The notes under the pieces were generated by a model. It ran no database searches. It was not told the origin of the DNA and was given only the letters and a program-made list of their open reading frames with translations. A stretch of DNA of 32,000 nucleotides from Promethearchaeota archaeon (GTDB lineage Archaea > Asgardarchaeota > Thorarchaeia > Thorarchaeales > Thorarchaeaceae), in the NCBI GenBank assembly GCA_027031765.1, contig JALVPN010000165.1:30001-62000 (forward strand). The letters are read 5' to 3'. Made by a program: the position numbers and the translations under genes. This document shows positions 18,455-27,629 of the stretch, piece by piece. Within the stretch, counting starts at the first letter, position 1. The number at the start of each line of letters is the position of its first letter.

Positions 18455-19189
18455 TCAGGCTGTGAGCTGGAACGACCATATGTAGAGGGCCATCGCTATG
18501 ACCGAGATGGCGAGCGCAGCGACCACCTGCCGTGGTCTGGGCACACCCGTGGGTCCTGTGACCCGTGTGCGTCCGTACCGCTCAAAGAAGAAGTATGCGA
18601 TGGGCAGTGTGACCAGTGCCGCTGCGAACTGGTCAACTATCCAGTGCTGTCGTACTAACAGCGTCGACAGTATCACTGCCAGTGCAACGGGCCACGCTAG
18701 ATACCCGTACTCTCTCCTCGCTCTGGACAACGAGTACGCTGCAAGTAGGGATGTCGAGCCATGCAGACTCGGGAAGCAGTTGACATGGACATCGGTCTGG
18801 TACAGTAGGGCTATCTGCATCGAGAAGAAGTCGGTGCCTGTGACCGTCCTTGGGGGTCCCTGTACCGGGAACAGCAGGTAGATGGCATACGCCACGAGGC
18901 TCACTAGAACGTATGAGGCCAGCATCGCATTCCGGTACTCACGCTGGACGAATGACAGGTATACATAGCTGAAGAAGATGAACGTGTAGAACACGTACCA
19001 GTAGATGATGATTGCCGGGGGTACGAGGGGGATGGCAAGGTCTACAGGTGTGGCCAGGGTCACTGCCGTGTGTAGCATGAGTGACAGTTCTGCTACTGGC
19101 GTGTAGAGCAGTGAAACCCCAAAGATGACCAGTATTGCCATTATCCCTTGCAGCACCCAGAGGTACTGGAAACTTGTCGTGCTCGTCAT
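18455..19189 (-). CDS. PAP2 superfamily membrane enzyme (PAP2_3 / AUR1-like)
   Basis: YLLFPVQGPPR, NCFPSLH and QHWIVD catalytic motifs; GGTGA SD. Confidence 0.85.
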   Translation of the reverse strand: MTSTTSFQYLWVLQGIMAILVIFGVSLLYTPVAELSLMLHTAVTLATPVDLAIPLVPPAIIIYWYVFYTFIFFSYVYLSFVQREYRNAMLASYVLVSLVAYAIYLLFPVQGPPRTVTGTDFFSMQIALLYQTDVHVNCFPSLHGSTSLLAAYSLSRARREYGYLAWPVALAVILSTLLVRQHWIVDQFAAALVTLPIAYFFFERYGRTRVTGPTGVPRPRQVVAALAISVIAMALYIWSFQLTA

Positions 19190-19418
19190 CCCGTCACCAC
19201 CACTATTACCTCCTGATATACGTTGCGCAGCACCGCTGGGACGGCCCAGTCCGGGACTCCCATGGCGTCGGTGGAACCAGTCGTCCCTGTGGTGTGCACC
19301 AGGTCGGGTTGTGTGGTCGTAGGTGCCGGGTATGAGTTCAATTCGAATTATCTATAAGGCAGCCACATTGTAGCCGTGCCGTCCACGCGGACTATACGCA
19401 AGGGTGAGGTTACCCAGA

Positions 19419-20660
19419 ATGGATTTCCAAGAGTCAGAGGAAGAAAAGATGTTCCGCGAGGCCGTACGCGAGTTCGCCCAGCGATACGTTGCACCGGCCT
19501 GGCAGGAATACGACCGCTCACATGAGATCCCGCGCGACCTGATCAAGAAGATGGCGGACATGCAACTGTGGGCCCCTACTGTGTCCGAGGAGTACGGCGG
19601 CGCCGGAATCTCCATGACCATGGCCTGTATTGCCGCGGAGGAGCTCGCTAGGGCCGACCTCTCCATCGCACTACCGGTCATGTACCTCGTTGAGGCCTCC
19701 TGGGCGTTAATATTCGACCTGTACGGCACTCATGAGGCCAAGAGTGAGATACTCCCCAGAGTCACCAAGGGCGACCTCTTCTTCGGCATCGCCACCACCG
19801 AGCCCACCGGTGGCTCCGACCTCGTCAACTCGACCAAGACAACAATCAAGCCAAAGGGTGACAACTTTGTCGTGAACGGCGAGAAGGTCTACATCAGTGG
19901 CGTCCGGGAGTCTGAGAAGTACGGCGGTGTCTACTGGACACTCGCAAAGGAAGACCCCAAGGGCGACCACAAGGCATTCACAGCCTTCATCCTGCCCCTC
20001 AACCTGGGCGACGGCCTGCACCCCGGCATCACCACCACGCTCTTCGAGGACATGGGACGCATGGGGGTCTCAACAGGTGGCTTCAATATCGAGGATGTGG
20101 AAATCCCCCCGCACTACATAATCGGTGAGCGCAACCGCGGCTTCTACTATGCAATGGAAGGCTTCTCAGCTGCAAGGGTGCTCATTGGTGCGACGTGCCT
20201 TGGCTCCGCAGAGGGCGCCTTCCAGATTGGCGTCGACTACGTCAAGCAGCGGAAGCAGTTCGGCAGACCACTCGCGTCCTTCGAGGGGATCATGTTCGAG
20301 GCTGTCCAGTCATGGATGGCCCTTGAGGCCGACAAGAACCTCGTGTACAAGGCTGCCTGGATGATGGACCAGCACTACCGTGAGAAGAACCCCAGTATCT
20401 CCAAACTCGACATCGCAAAGTACACCGCAGCAGCCAAGTACAGGACACCGCACGATGCCCTCGATATCATCACACGGGCCATGACCTGGCACGGTGCCTT
20501 CGGCTATACGAAGGAGTGCCCACTTGAGGCCGCATACCGCGGCGTCCGCTCCTACACCATCGGGGCCGAGGGCGGTGCTCACATCCAGCTCATTGTCATG
20601 GGCCGCGAGATTTTCGGCAAAGAATACCTGCCCTATCGACAGAAGGGGCAGTTCGACTAG
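19419..20660 (+). CDS. Acyl-CoA dehydrogenase
   Basis: EEEKMFREAVREFA, TTEPTGGSD, VVNGEKVYIS, RKQFGRPL, HGAFGY and YTIGAEG motifs. SD GGTGAGGT before ATG 19419. Confidence 0.95.
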   Translation: MDFQESEEEKMFREAVREFAQRYVAPAWQEYDRSHEIPRDLIKKMADMQLWAPTVSEEYGGAGISMTMACIAAEELARADLSIALPVMYLVEASWALIFDLYGTHEAKSEILPRVTKGDLFFGIATTEPTGGSDLVNSTKTTIKPKGDNFVVNGEKVYISGVRESEKYGGVYWTLAKEDPKGDHKAFTAFILPLNLGDGLHPGITTTLFEDMGRMGVSTGGFNIEDVEIPPHYIIGERNRGFYYAMEGFSAARVLIGATCLGSAEGAFQIGVDYVKQRKQFGRPLASFEGIMFEAVQSWMALEADKNLVYKAAWMMDQHYREKNPSISKLDIAKYTAAAKYRTPHDALDIITRAMTWHGAFGYTKECPLEAAYRGVRSYTIGAEGGAHIQLIVMGREIFGKEYLPYRQKGQFD

Positions 20661-20674
20661 TTCCAGAACGGCCA

Positions 20675-20696
20675 GAGAGAGGACTACTCCTCTCTC
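20675..20696 (+). terminator. 9-bp hairpin after the acyl-CoA dehydrogenase stop
   Basis: GAGAGAGGA-ctac-TCCTCTCTC is a perfect stem followed by a pyrimidine-rich tract, at the point where GC content drops. Confidence 0.4.
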
Positions 20697-21378
20697 CTCC
20701 CGTTTCTTGTAGATTGCGTCTGCTACTTGGTTACGCGCACGGCGGAACAACATTCCAGGAGTGAACAGTTTTGTGGACGGCTCTCTCACTACGCTGCCAC
20801 TAATGTCCCTGCCCGCGAATGCTGTGTACAAGGTGAACCTCCCACTCAATGCTCCCGAATTCTTGGGCTCACCTCCTTGTGAATCCACAAGATGAACAAG
20901 AGTTCTCTTGGTGTACATTCTCTAGACTTGGCAACCTGAAACAATGGACTATGTTCGATTTCAAGGCTGAGTCTGCGTACTTCATGTACACACCCCATTG
21001 GTAGGATTCGATATAATGCCGGGCAATTCAGGGTCTACTGGAAGAAGAACTGGTTGAGCGAGTATATGGTGTCTGAAATGAGGCTTGGGCGTTGCGTCTG
21101 CCCAGACTTCGACATGCAATCCGCCCGTCGTTTCCCCAACTAAGACAAGTAGCCGATATCAACCGCACCAATTCGGAAAAGAATGATTGGGCTAGGAGCC
21201 GCACATGTAGACCCAACCGAAATCCGAACTCAGTTTTCTGAGACTTGGCCTTTTGGATGATGGTAGATGTGCGTTTCACTGTTTTTGAGCAGACGAAAGT
21301 CCTAAATCTGCTTGCGGAACAGGCCCACTGTGCTCCAATCATGAATTTGCACCCCAATATGGAGGGGATTCTCCTACA

Positions 21379-22986
21379 ATGAGAATTCGCGGAATCGAGG
21401 TATCTAATTTCAGGAGTCTCGTGCACTTCGCAATGAAGGATATCGGGAATTTCAACATTCTCGTCGGCCGGAACGGTGCTGGGAAATCCAACATTCTGGA
21501 TGCAATTGATGTCTTTCTCACAAGTCTGAAACGATATCCGCAGTTTCAAGATGTGCCAGACAGTTGCTGGACAAGGCAGAGTGATTCATCTGAAATTTCG
21601 TTCTCATTTGAACTTGAGTTCACCAATGAAGAGATTGAGGTTCCTACTGACGCTGGGGAAAACAATGGTTCACCATCAACTCATAGCGTGGTCATTTCTA
21701 GAACCTTGCGTCGAGAACAAAAAGAGTGGAGTCTTCGAACCCTCAGCATCAACGACCAGCCGCTGGTGAAGGATTACCAAGAGCTTGATAGTAGCGATTC
21801 TGCTACAGTAGCGGAAGTCCTAAAGCAGATTGCTGGTGCAGTTTCGAAATCATACAGGCTACTTGGGTTCTCTAGGTTTGTCGCGCCTCAAGCCTCGACG
21901 CCCGGACAACGAGTCCCGGCGATTCCCGCGAACGTTATCAAAGGGATCATCTCACTGGAAACTGCGGAAACCTCTGAAGCAGACAATCAGTCATACGAGT
22001 TGGAAGAGCAGTTCGAAAGAATGAGTGGTGATACGCTTGCGGTTACTGCCACCTCCATTCGCGTTCGAGAGGGACAAACAAGGATTCCTCTTGAACTTCT
22101 CGGGGTCGGGATTCAGACCACTTTGGGTATGGTACACGACCTCCTGAATCCAACTGGAGTAATTCTCATTGAAGAACCTGAGATTCACCTGCATGCCGGT
22201 CTTCAACGACAGGTTCTTGAAAGACTGAAGGAAGTTAGTGAGAGGTGTCAAGTTTTCATTACAACGCACTCAACAATATTCTTGGATGAATGCGAATACG
22301 GCTCACTCTGGCATGTCAGAAAGACCGGTGGAGTCACGACCGCAACCCGTGTGGAAGGGCTCGATGACTTGAGAAGCATTGTCCTTGGCCTTGGCATACG
22401 GCCTAGTGATGTACTAGCGGCGAACAGCATACTACTCGTTGAAGGCCTCACCGAGAAGATTGTAATCCCCTTTTGGGCGCGCCTTGTGGGGAAGAGGTTT
22501 GAGCCTCCAAAGGTAAACATTGTTCAAATGGGTGGTGTTGGAACGGGACGCTACCATCTTCATCTTTGGAAACAGATGGTAAGTGCCTTCAAGATTCCAT
22601 TTTTCATACTGCTGGACGGTGACGAGGCTGCTAGACGCGAAGCAAAGAAGTTGGAAGAAGAACATGGCGTAAATCCAAGGATGATTTACACTCTGAAGAA
22701 GGAATCAATCGAAGACTACTATCCTGATGACTTGACTATTGAGTGTCTTGAGAACATGCTTTCGCTTCCCCCAGACCAACAGCCGAGCTTGCACGAAGAG
22801 CTACCTTCCTCAGGCAGAGCACGGCACATTGACAAGTTTATCAAGGGGCACAAGCCCAAATCTGGGCCGAACTGGAAAGTACAACTGGCCAAATGTATGG
22901 TAGAAAAGATGAGGGCTGAGCACTTGGATGATGAAATCAGGGAACTGATACTACAAATTGATGATGTACTTGGCCAGTCATCGTAA
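21379..22986 (+). CDS. OLD-family ATP-dependent nuclease (ABC-type ATPase + TOPRIM)
   Basis: NFRSL, Walker A GRNGAGKS, Walker B ILIEEPEIHLH, QVFITTHS, TOPRIM LLVEGLTE and LLDGD. Confidence 0.9.
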   Translation: MRIRGIEVSNFRSLVHFAMKDIGNFNILVGRNGAGKSNILDAIDVFLTSLKRYPQFQDVPDSCWTRQSDSSEISFSFELEFTNEEIEVPTDAGENNGSPSTHSVVISRTLRREQKEWSLRTLSINDQPLVKDYQELDSSDSATVAEVLKQIAGAVSKSYRLLGFSRFVAPQASTPGQRVPAIPANVIKGIISLETAETSEADNQSYELEEQFERMSGDTLAVTATSIRVREGQTRIPLELLGVGIQTTLGMVHDLLNPTGVILIEEPEIHLHAGLQRQVLERLKEVSERCQVFITTHSTIFLDECEYGSLWHVRKTGGVTTATRVEGLDDLRSIVLGLGIRPSDVLAANSILLVEGLTEKIVIPFWARLVGKRFEPPKVNIVQMGGVGTGRYHLHLWKQMVSAFKIPFFILLDGDEAARREAKKLEEEHGVNPRMIYTLKKESIEDYYPDDLTIECLENMLSLPPDQQPSLHEELPSSGRARHIDKFIKGHKPKSGPNWKVQLAKCMVEKMRAEHLDDEIRELILQIDDVLGQSS

Positions 22987-23343
22987 CCACTGGGTTTCCT
23001 ACAATCTATGCCAAGAGTCGAACCGGATTCCAACGGCCTCCACTCGGTTCAAATGTTAGGGCACGCGCGTATCAACTTGGGAGAGCACCGACCACCAAGT
23101 TCGGTGTTGAGTGTTGCAAAGAGAACACAGTTTGGGACGGTACAAGCCTACTCAAACCTACTCGTACCGGGTTCCTAAATGTCCAGGCCTAGGCGTGGAG
23201 TCCGTCCGAACCAGTGAACAGCTGTTTCCACTTGTTGTGTTCTGTCGTTGTCCGGCTCATTATGCGATTGCCAATGCAGCCTAGCGGCGGCCCTGAGATT
23301 CCCCGACGCACGGCCCCATTGCCTTAGGTGGATTGGTTCTGTT

Positions 23344-23361
23344 GGGCACATGCATGTGCCC
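23344..23361. repeat. Perfect 18-bp palindrome GGGCACATGCATGTGCCC
   Basis: Seen directly, between the convergent OLD and Schlafen genes. Function unknown. Confidence 0.85.
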
Positions 23362-23495
23362 TTGCCCTCTTGGTCATTCTACGGAGAAACATGCATCAAC
23401 ACTTGCTACCCGGTCGCACTTCTGGTTTTGTTCATTGTTCCCAGCTGAACGGAACAAGACCATTCATGGTGGAGTTTCAGAGCCATAGCAGTGAA

Positions 23496-25253
23496 TCACT
23501 TCCAGCGCTTCCTTGCGTACTCAACAATCTTCCTTAGGTCATCGATGCCAGTCGTTCTAGCCCCTTCTCTGATATACAGAATCTTCTTCTGTTTCTTCAG
23601 CATCAAGACCGGTTCATCTGCCGGTCTTACGTCAACACGACAGATTTCTTTGTCGTCAACTTGTGGAAACGTGGTGCGGAAAAACTGTCGGAACATACCT
23701 TGGACTTGGCTGTTGAACTTCTGAGTCAAGGATCTGTCAAAGGTATCGGAGCTTGGTTCGTGATGAAAGCAGGAGTAGTCTCGCTCTAGGCCAAGTATCT
23801 CCCCGTCATTCCCGACTCCGATAAGGAGTACACCGCCATCCGAGTTCATGAATGCGCAGATTGTCTTTATCACGGGGTCGTATAATTCACTATTCTTCCC
23901 TTGGAGATTGTAGTCCCACAACATCGATGACTTGAACTCGATGAACTGGGACTCCCCCATCTCTATCAACTCCTCGACAGTGGCCCGTTGGACTCTCTCA
24001 AGTGATGGTGCCCTTGGCCTTGTGTAGAGGTACAGTGCCGCGCATAGCACGGCAAGTGCCACGCTCCACTCGATGACGCGGTAGACAACCATTTGCAGCC
24101 TGGTTGTGGGCAAGAATGACTTGGGCACTCTGATAATGTATCCGTTCGTCGTTCCAAGATATAGATGGCCACGATCGTATCCCGGAATGAGGATTGACTC
24201 AAGAACTTCAGGATACCGGCCCATTGTGAGCTCTTCCCTGCTAATCATTGGAGTGACTGACTGGGCATTGTCATCCAAGTCGATGTATGCAAGTCCCAAT
24301 GCTGTGACCACATACAACCGCTTGAGGTCTACATCGATGTCAATAGCGTTCACAACTCTCGATGGCAATCCGTCATCACTCGTCAGGCGAGAACGAACTA
24401 ACGTTGCGCTAGTTCCGTTCTCGTCGAAGATGAATAGTCCCTCATTTGTCCCTATGTAGATTCTATGGGTGAGTTGGTAGTAGTCTATGCAACTGACACT
24501 TAGAGGGTTCCCTACATCGTCTTGGATATGGCTGAAGTTCACGCCGGTTCTCAGATTGAAGAACGCAAAACCCCTGCCTGTGCCAGCAAGAAGGCAGTCA
24601 CCACGCACTTTGAGCGACCGTACATTGTTTGAGGGCAGACCATTCTCAGTTGTGATGTTTCGGGTTTGATACGTGGATGGAGCGTACTCAACAACCCCGA
24701 TCTGCTCGCTTCCAAGGTACAATACGGTGTCTGATCCATTACGGAATGTTTCAATGTCCCGAAACTCTACGTCCTCTCCTATGTTTGGGATTCGGATGGG
24801 ATCGAATACTACTCGCTGGTTCTCATAGGACCAGTGCATCCAATAGGCTCCTCCATCTGGTCCATCCGTGACCACGTAGCTTAGCCATCTATCCCATGTT
24901 GTTCCCATATCGTATACTCTGCTGCCACCTGTTGCACTGTCAACTGAATGAGGCCCAGATACAGAGTTGTTAGAGAGGTTGACATAGTAGAGACCGCCTA
25001 TTCCGTTGAAGGCTATCATAGACTCGGCAGCATCGAGGAATATCATTGGCCTGATGCTGTACCCCGGGAAACCATTATCTACATGTGTCCACTGCAGGTC
25101 CTCAGAGGCTGGCTGAACAAGCCATCGGTCAACACTGGCCGTAGCAGGGAATACCACCATGAATACTATCACAAGCCTGAGGAATCGCTTGTCAGACCTT
25201 AGTTCTCCGAGTTTCGCAAACACTCCTCCTTGTGCTTTTGTTCTGCCCATCAT
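23496..25253 (-). CDS. Receptor-like protein: signal/anchor, extracellular beta-propeller, single TM, cytoplasmic Schlafen (AlbA_2) domain
   Basis: N-terminal hydrophobic segment; Reg_prop-like repeats ITTENGLPSNNVRSL and LTSDDGLPSRVVNAI; TM at ~24023-24092; AlbA_2 motifs GESQFIEFKSS and TICAFMNSDGGVLLIGV. ATG 25253 overlaps the upstream stop (ATGA). Confidence 0.87.
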   Translation of the reverse strand: MMGRTKAQGGVFAKLGELRSDKRFLRLVIVFMVVFPATASVDRWLVQPASEDLQWTHVDNGFPGYSIRPMIFLDAAESMIAFNGIGGLYYVNLSNNSVSGPHSVDSATGGSRVYDMGTTWDRWLSYVVTDGPDGGAYWMHWSYENQRVVFDPIRIPNIGEDVEFRDIETFRNGSDTVLYLGSEQIGVVEYAPSTYQTRNITTENGLPSNNVRSLKVRGDCLLAGTGRGFAFFNLRTGVNFSHIQDDVGNPLSVSCIDYYQLTHRIYIGTNEGLFIFDENGTSATLVRSRLTSDDGLPSRVVNAIDIDVDLKRLYVVTALGLAYIDLDDNAQSVTPMISREELTMGRYPEVLESILIPGYDRGHLYLGTTNGYIIRVPKSFLPTTRLQMVVYRVIEWSVALAVLCAALYLYTRPRAPSLERVQRATVEELIEMGESQFIEFKSSMLWDYNLQGKNSELYDPVIKTICAFMNSDGGVLLIGVGNDGEILGLERDYSCFHHEPSSDTFDRSLTQKFNSQVQGMFRQFFRTTFPQVDDKEICRVDVRPADEPVLMLKKQKKILYIREGARTTGIDDLRKIVEYARKRWK

Positions 25254-26152
25254 ACAGCCCCCAGAAACCATAGAACAGCATAGGTTGCATTTATCGTGGC
25301 ATGTAGAGCCCATGGTTGTGTCAGGTTCTCAGACAAAAGCCACACCATACCCAGCAGAATCCCTAGCCCAAACCTCGTTATGAACGCCGCAAGAACCGAA
25401 CCTACCGGATCGAAGATATTACCAACGTACTGGGCGTTAGTGAACAGATGACAAACCGCAAAGAGAGAAGAAGCTAGCAACAGCCCTATGGGCTTGCTCC
25501 GGAATCTCTCGGACAGGCGCTGTTGGACTATAGCCCTGTTGACCAGCTCCTCGACAAATCCAATAATGACCCCTCCGTAGACCACTAGTCCCATGAGCCC
25601 GACTAATCGCTCAGGGCTGGCAAGGGTTGGGAATTGGTCAATGACCGGCAACAATCGAATTCCAAAGGATATCATGATTACTACCAGCAGGAAGATAGGC
25701 AGGCTACTGGTCCTCCAAGGTTCTCCACCTCGGATTCCCAGTGATTCCAATGAGTAGCCAAAACCACGCCAGAAGATCACGGCAATCGCCAGACCTGTAA
25801 GGAGAATGGCAATGCTGGCAGAAAGGATGTCAAGGCTTGGAAAGAAACTGAAGAACCACCATCCAACATCGAGATAGATCACTAAAGCGAGTACTGCCTC
25901 TTCAATAGGGTTTCTAGACAGCTTCTCAGGTCGCTTCAGGTGCTGGCTGTGACTCCACAGAAGTGCGCTGCATCCAATGACATTCAATGCCCCAAGCACG
26001 ACAATGTATGATTCAGAATACATGATTGCATATGCCAAACTCGAGGATGTCACCAGAGCCGCCAAGAGAATGATCGCCTTGATATCGCGAGGGTTCAGTT
26101 GAGTTTGTTGCTCCTCTGCCACCTTCGTCACCCCTGCTGGGTGACCCCCCAT
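25250..26152 (-). CDS. CPBP family (CAAX/Rce1/Abi) intramembrane glutamic metalloprotease
   Basis: All catalytic motifs intact: EELVNR (EExxxR), FAVCH (FxxxH), HATIN (HxxxN); multi-TM. GTG 26122, with a GGTGA SD, is an alternative start. Confidence 0.88.
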   Translation of the reverse strand: MGGHPAGVTKVAEEQQTQLNPRDIKAIILLAALVTSSSLAYAIMYSESYIVVLGALNVIGCSALLWSHSQHLKRPEKLSRNPIEEAVLALVIYLDVGWWFFSFFPSLDILSASIAILLTGLAIAVIFWRGFGYSLESLGIRGGEPWRTSSLPIFLLVVIMISFGIRLLPVIDQFPTLASPERLVGLMGLVVYGGVIIGFVEELVNRAIVQQRLSERFRSKPIGLLLASSLFAVCHLFTNAQYVGNIFDPVGSVLAAFITRFGLGILLGMVWLLSENLTQPWALHATINATYAVLWFLGAV

Positions 26153-26243
26153 CTCCCCAAAGAAAAAGCTTGTGCGTCTGAAGCAGCACCATACAGCTCT
26201 CGAGTTGGTGGTCTGGCGAGTCTTCCCGTGCAAAGGACTCAAA

Positions 26244-26277
26244 TACTAAGGCAGCTTAGTACTAATCATGATTAGTA
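26244..26277. promoter_or_regulatory. Tandem palindromic operator TACTAA-N6-TTAGTA x2
   Basis: TACTAAGGCAGCTTAGTA (26244-26261) and the perfect palindrome TACTAATCATGATTAGTA (26260-26277), which is centred on the ATPase ATG. Confidence 0.7.
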
Positions 26278-27629
26278 AATTCATCGACCGTGACGCCGAG
26301 CTCTCTCTGCTTGAAAAGGAGTGGAGGGGGCATGGTGGGAAGCTCTTGGTCCTGTACGGTCGAAGGCGGGTTGGCAAGACCAGACTCCTAGCTGAGTTCG
26401 TCCAAGGAAAGGATGGCGTGTTCTATATTGCGAGCGACTCATCACCGCAAGTCCAGATTGAAGAGCTCAAGACGAGAGTTGCGGACTTCCTCAACGATGC
26501 GTTGCTGAGAGACCTTGAACTCAAGAACTGGGAGCAGTTCTTTGAGTATCTTACGAGGAATCTGCCGTCCAAGAGGTTCTATCTCATACTGGATGAGTTC
26601 TCCTATCTTGTCAAGAGCGATCGGACGATTATCAGTGTTTTGCAAAGGGTATGGGACAGAGTCTTGTCAAATTCCAAGGTCTTCTTGGTACTGTGTGGAT
26701 CGGTAATGGGCCTAATGAGGGATGAGGTGCTCTCCTCGGCATCTCCTCTGTATGGTCGGCGAACAAGGGACATCCTACTGAGGGACTTGCCATTCAAGCA
26801 CGCAAGAGAGTTTGTTTCCTTCCCGTTTGCGGAGGCAATGCAGCTGTACTTTGCAGTTGGCGGCGTACCGGAGTATCTGCAGAAGGCATCAGAGTACCAC
26901 AGCATGAATGAGTTTCTCAGCCGGGAGTTCTTCAGCACCACGGGATACTTCTATCGCGAGCCGTATTTCATAGTGTCACAGGAGTTCAGGGAGCTGAGAA
27001 TCTACTTCTCGATTCTCAATGCTATTGCCACCGGGAGAACACGCCCGACCGACATAGCCAACTTTGTGGGGATTAACGCCCGAAGCGTATATCCGTACCT
27101 GGAGGGGCTCATTCGGATGGACTTTGTCAAGCGGGAGATACCCGTTCTTGGGAGCCCCAAGCGAGGCGTCTACCGGATCAAGGACTCCCTCCTTGACTTT
27201 TGGTTCGGCTTTGTCTTTGGCCATCGGGATGAGATTGAGCGGGGCTCACTGAACCTAGACAACCTGGATCTGTCAGCCTACTATGGGAGGCGATTCGAGG
27301 AGTTCGTGAGGAGTGAGGTCGTCCACCTGCTGTTCAACTACACCAAGATGGGACGATGGTGGCATCGTGGTGAGGAGATCGACATTGTTGCGGTGAACGA
27401 CTCTGCCAATGAGATACTCTTCTGTGAGTGCAAGTGGAGCGACCTCAAGAAGAGGGAGGCCGAGCAACTCATTCAGGGCTTGCAGCAAAAGGCGAGGCTC
27501 GTGAGCTGGGGCACGGAATCAAGGGTGGAGAGATTTGGCGTGGTCGCACGTAGAGTGCGGGGAAAGGAGGGCCTCCGAAGTCAGGGCTATGTCGTGTACG
27601 ATCTGCAGGACATCAAGAGTGTGCTGTAA
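26268..27629 (+). CDS. Archaeal AAA ATPase (ATPase_2) with wHTH and DUF234 / PD-(D/E)xK-like C-terminal domain
   Basis: FIDRDAEL, Walker A YGRRRVGKT, Walker B ILDEFSY, LCGS, SPLYGRRT, GGVPEYL, FWFGFV, and GRWW..GEEIDIVA..ILFCECKW nuclease-like motif. Confidence 0.92.
   Translation: MISKFIDRDAELSLLEKEWRGHGGKLLVLYGRRRVGKTRLLAEFVQGKDGVFYIASDSSPQVQIEELKTRVADFLNDALLRDLELKNWEQFFEYLTRNLPSKRFYLILDEFSYLVKSDRTIISVLQRVWDRVLSNSKVFLVLCGSVMGLMRDEVLSSASPLYGRRTRDILLRDLPFKHAREFVSFPFAEAMQLYFAVGGVPEYLQKASEYHSMNEFLSREFFSTTGYFYREPYFIVSQEFRELRIYFSILNAIATGRTRPTDIANFVGINARSVYPYLEGLIRMDFVKREIPVLGSPKRGVYRIKDSLLDFWFGFVFGHRDEIERGSLNLDNLDLSAYYGRRFEEFVRSEVVHLLFNYTKMGRWWHRGEEIDIVAVNDSANEILFCECKWSDLKKREAEQLIQGLQQKARLVSWGTESRVERFGVVARRVRGKEGLRSQGYVVYDLQDIKSVL

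Noticed and set aside
20661-21378. ORFs 20310..20918(-) and 21028..21549(-), and a short wHTH-like fragment (AIQGLLEEELVERVYG) near 21023
   Set aside because: The ORFs are largely antisense to real genes, and the fragment is too short to support a call.
23000-23060. GGTTCGACTC (minus) and GGTTCAAAT (plus) T-loop-like strings
   Set aside because: The T-stem pairs poorly and no acceptor, D or anticodon stems can be built, so this is not a tRNA.
21379-27629. Calling the island Gabija, a retron or an RM system
   Set aside because: No UvrD helicase, reverse transcriptase or DNA methyltransferase is present in the window.
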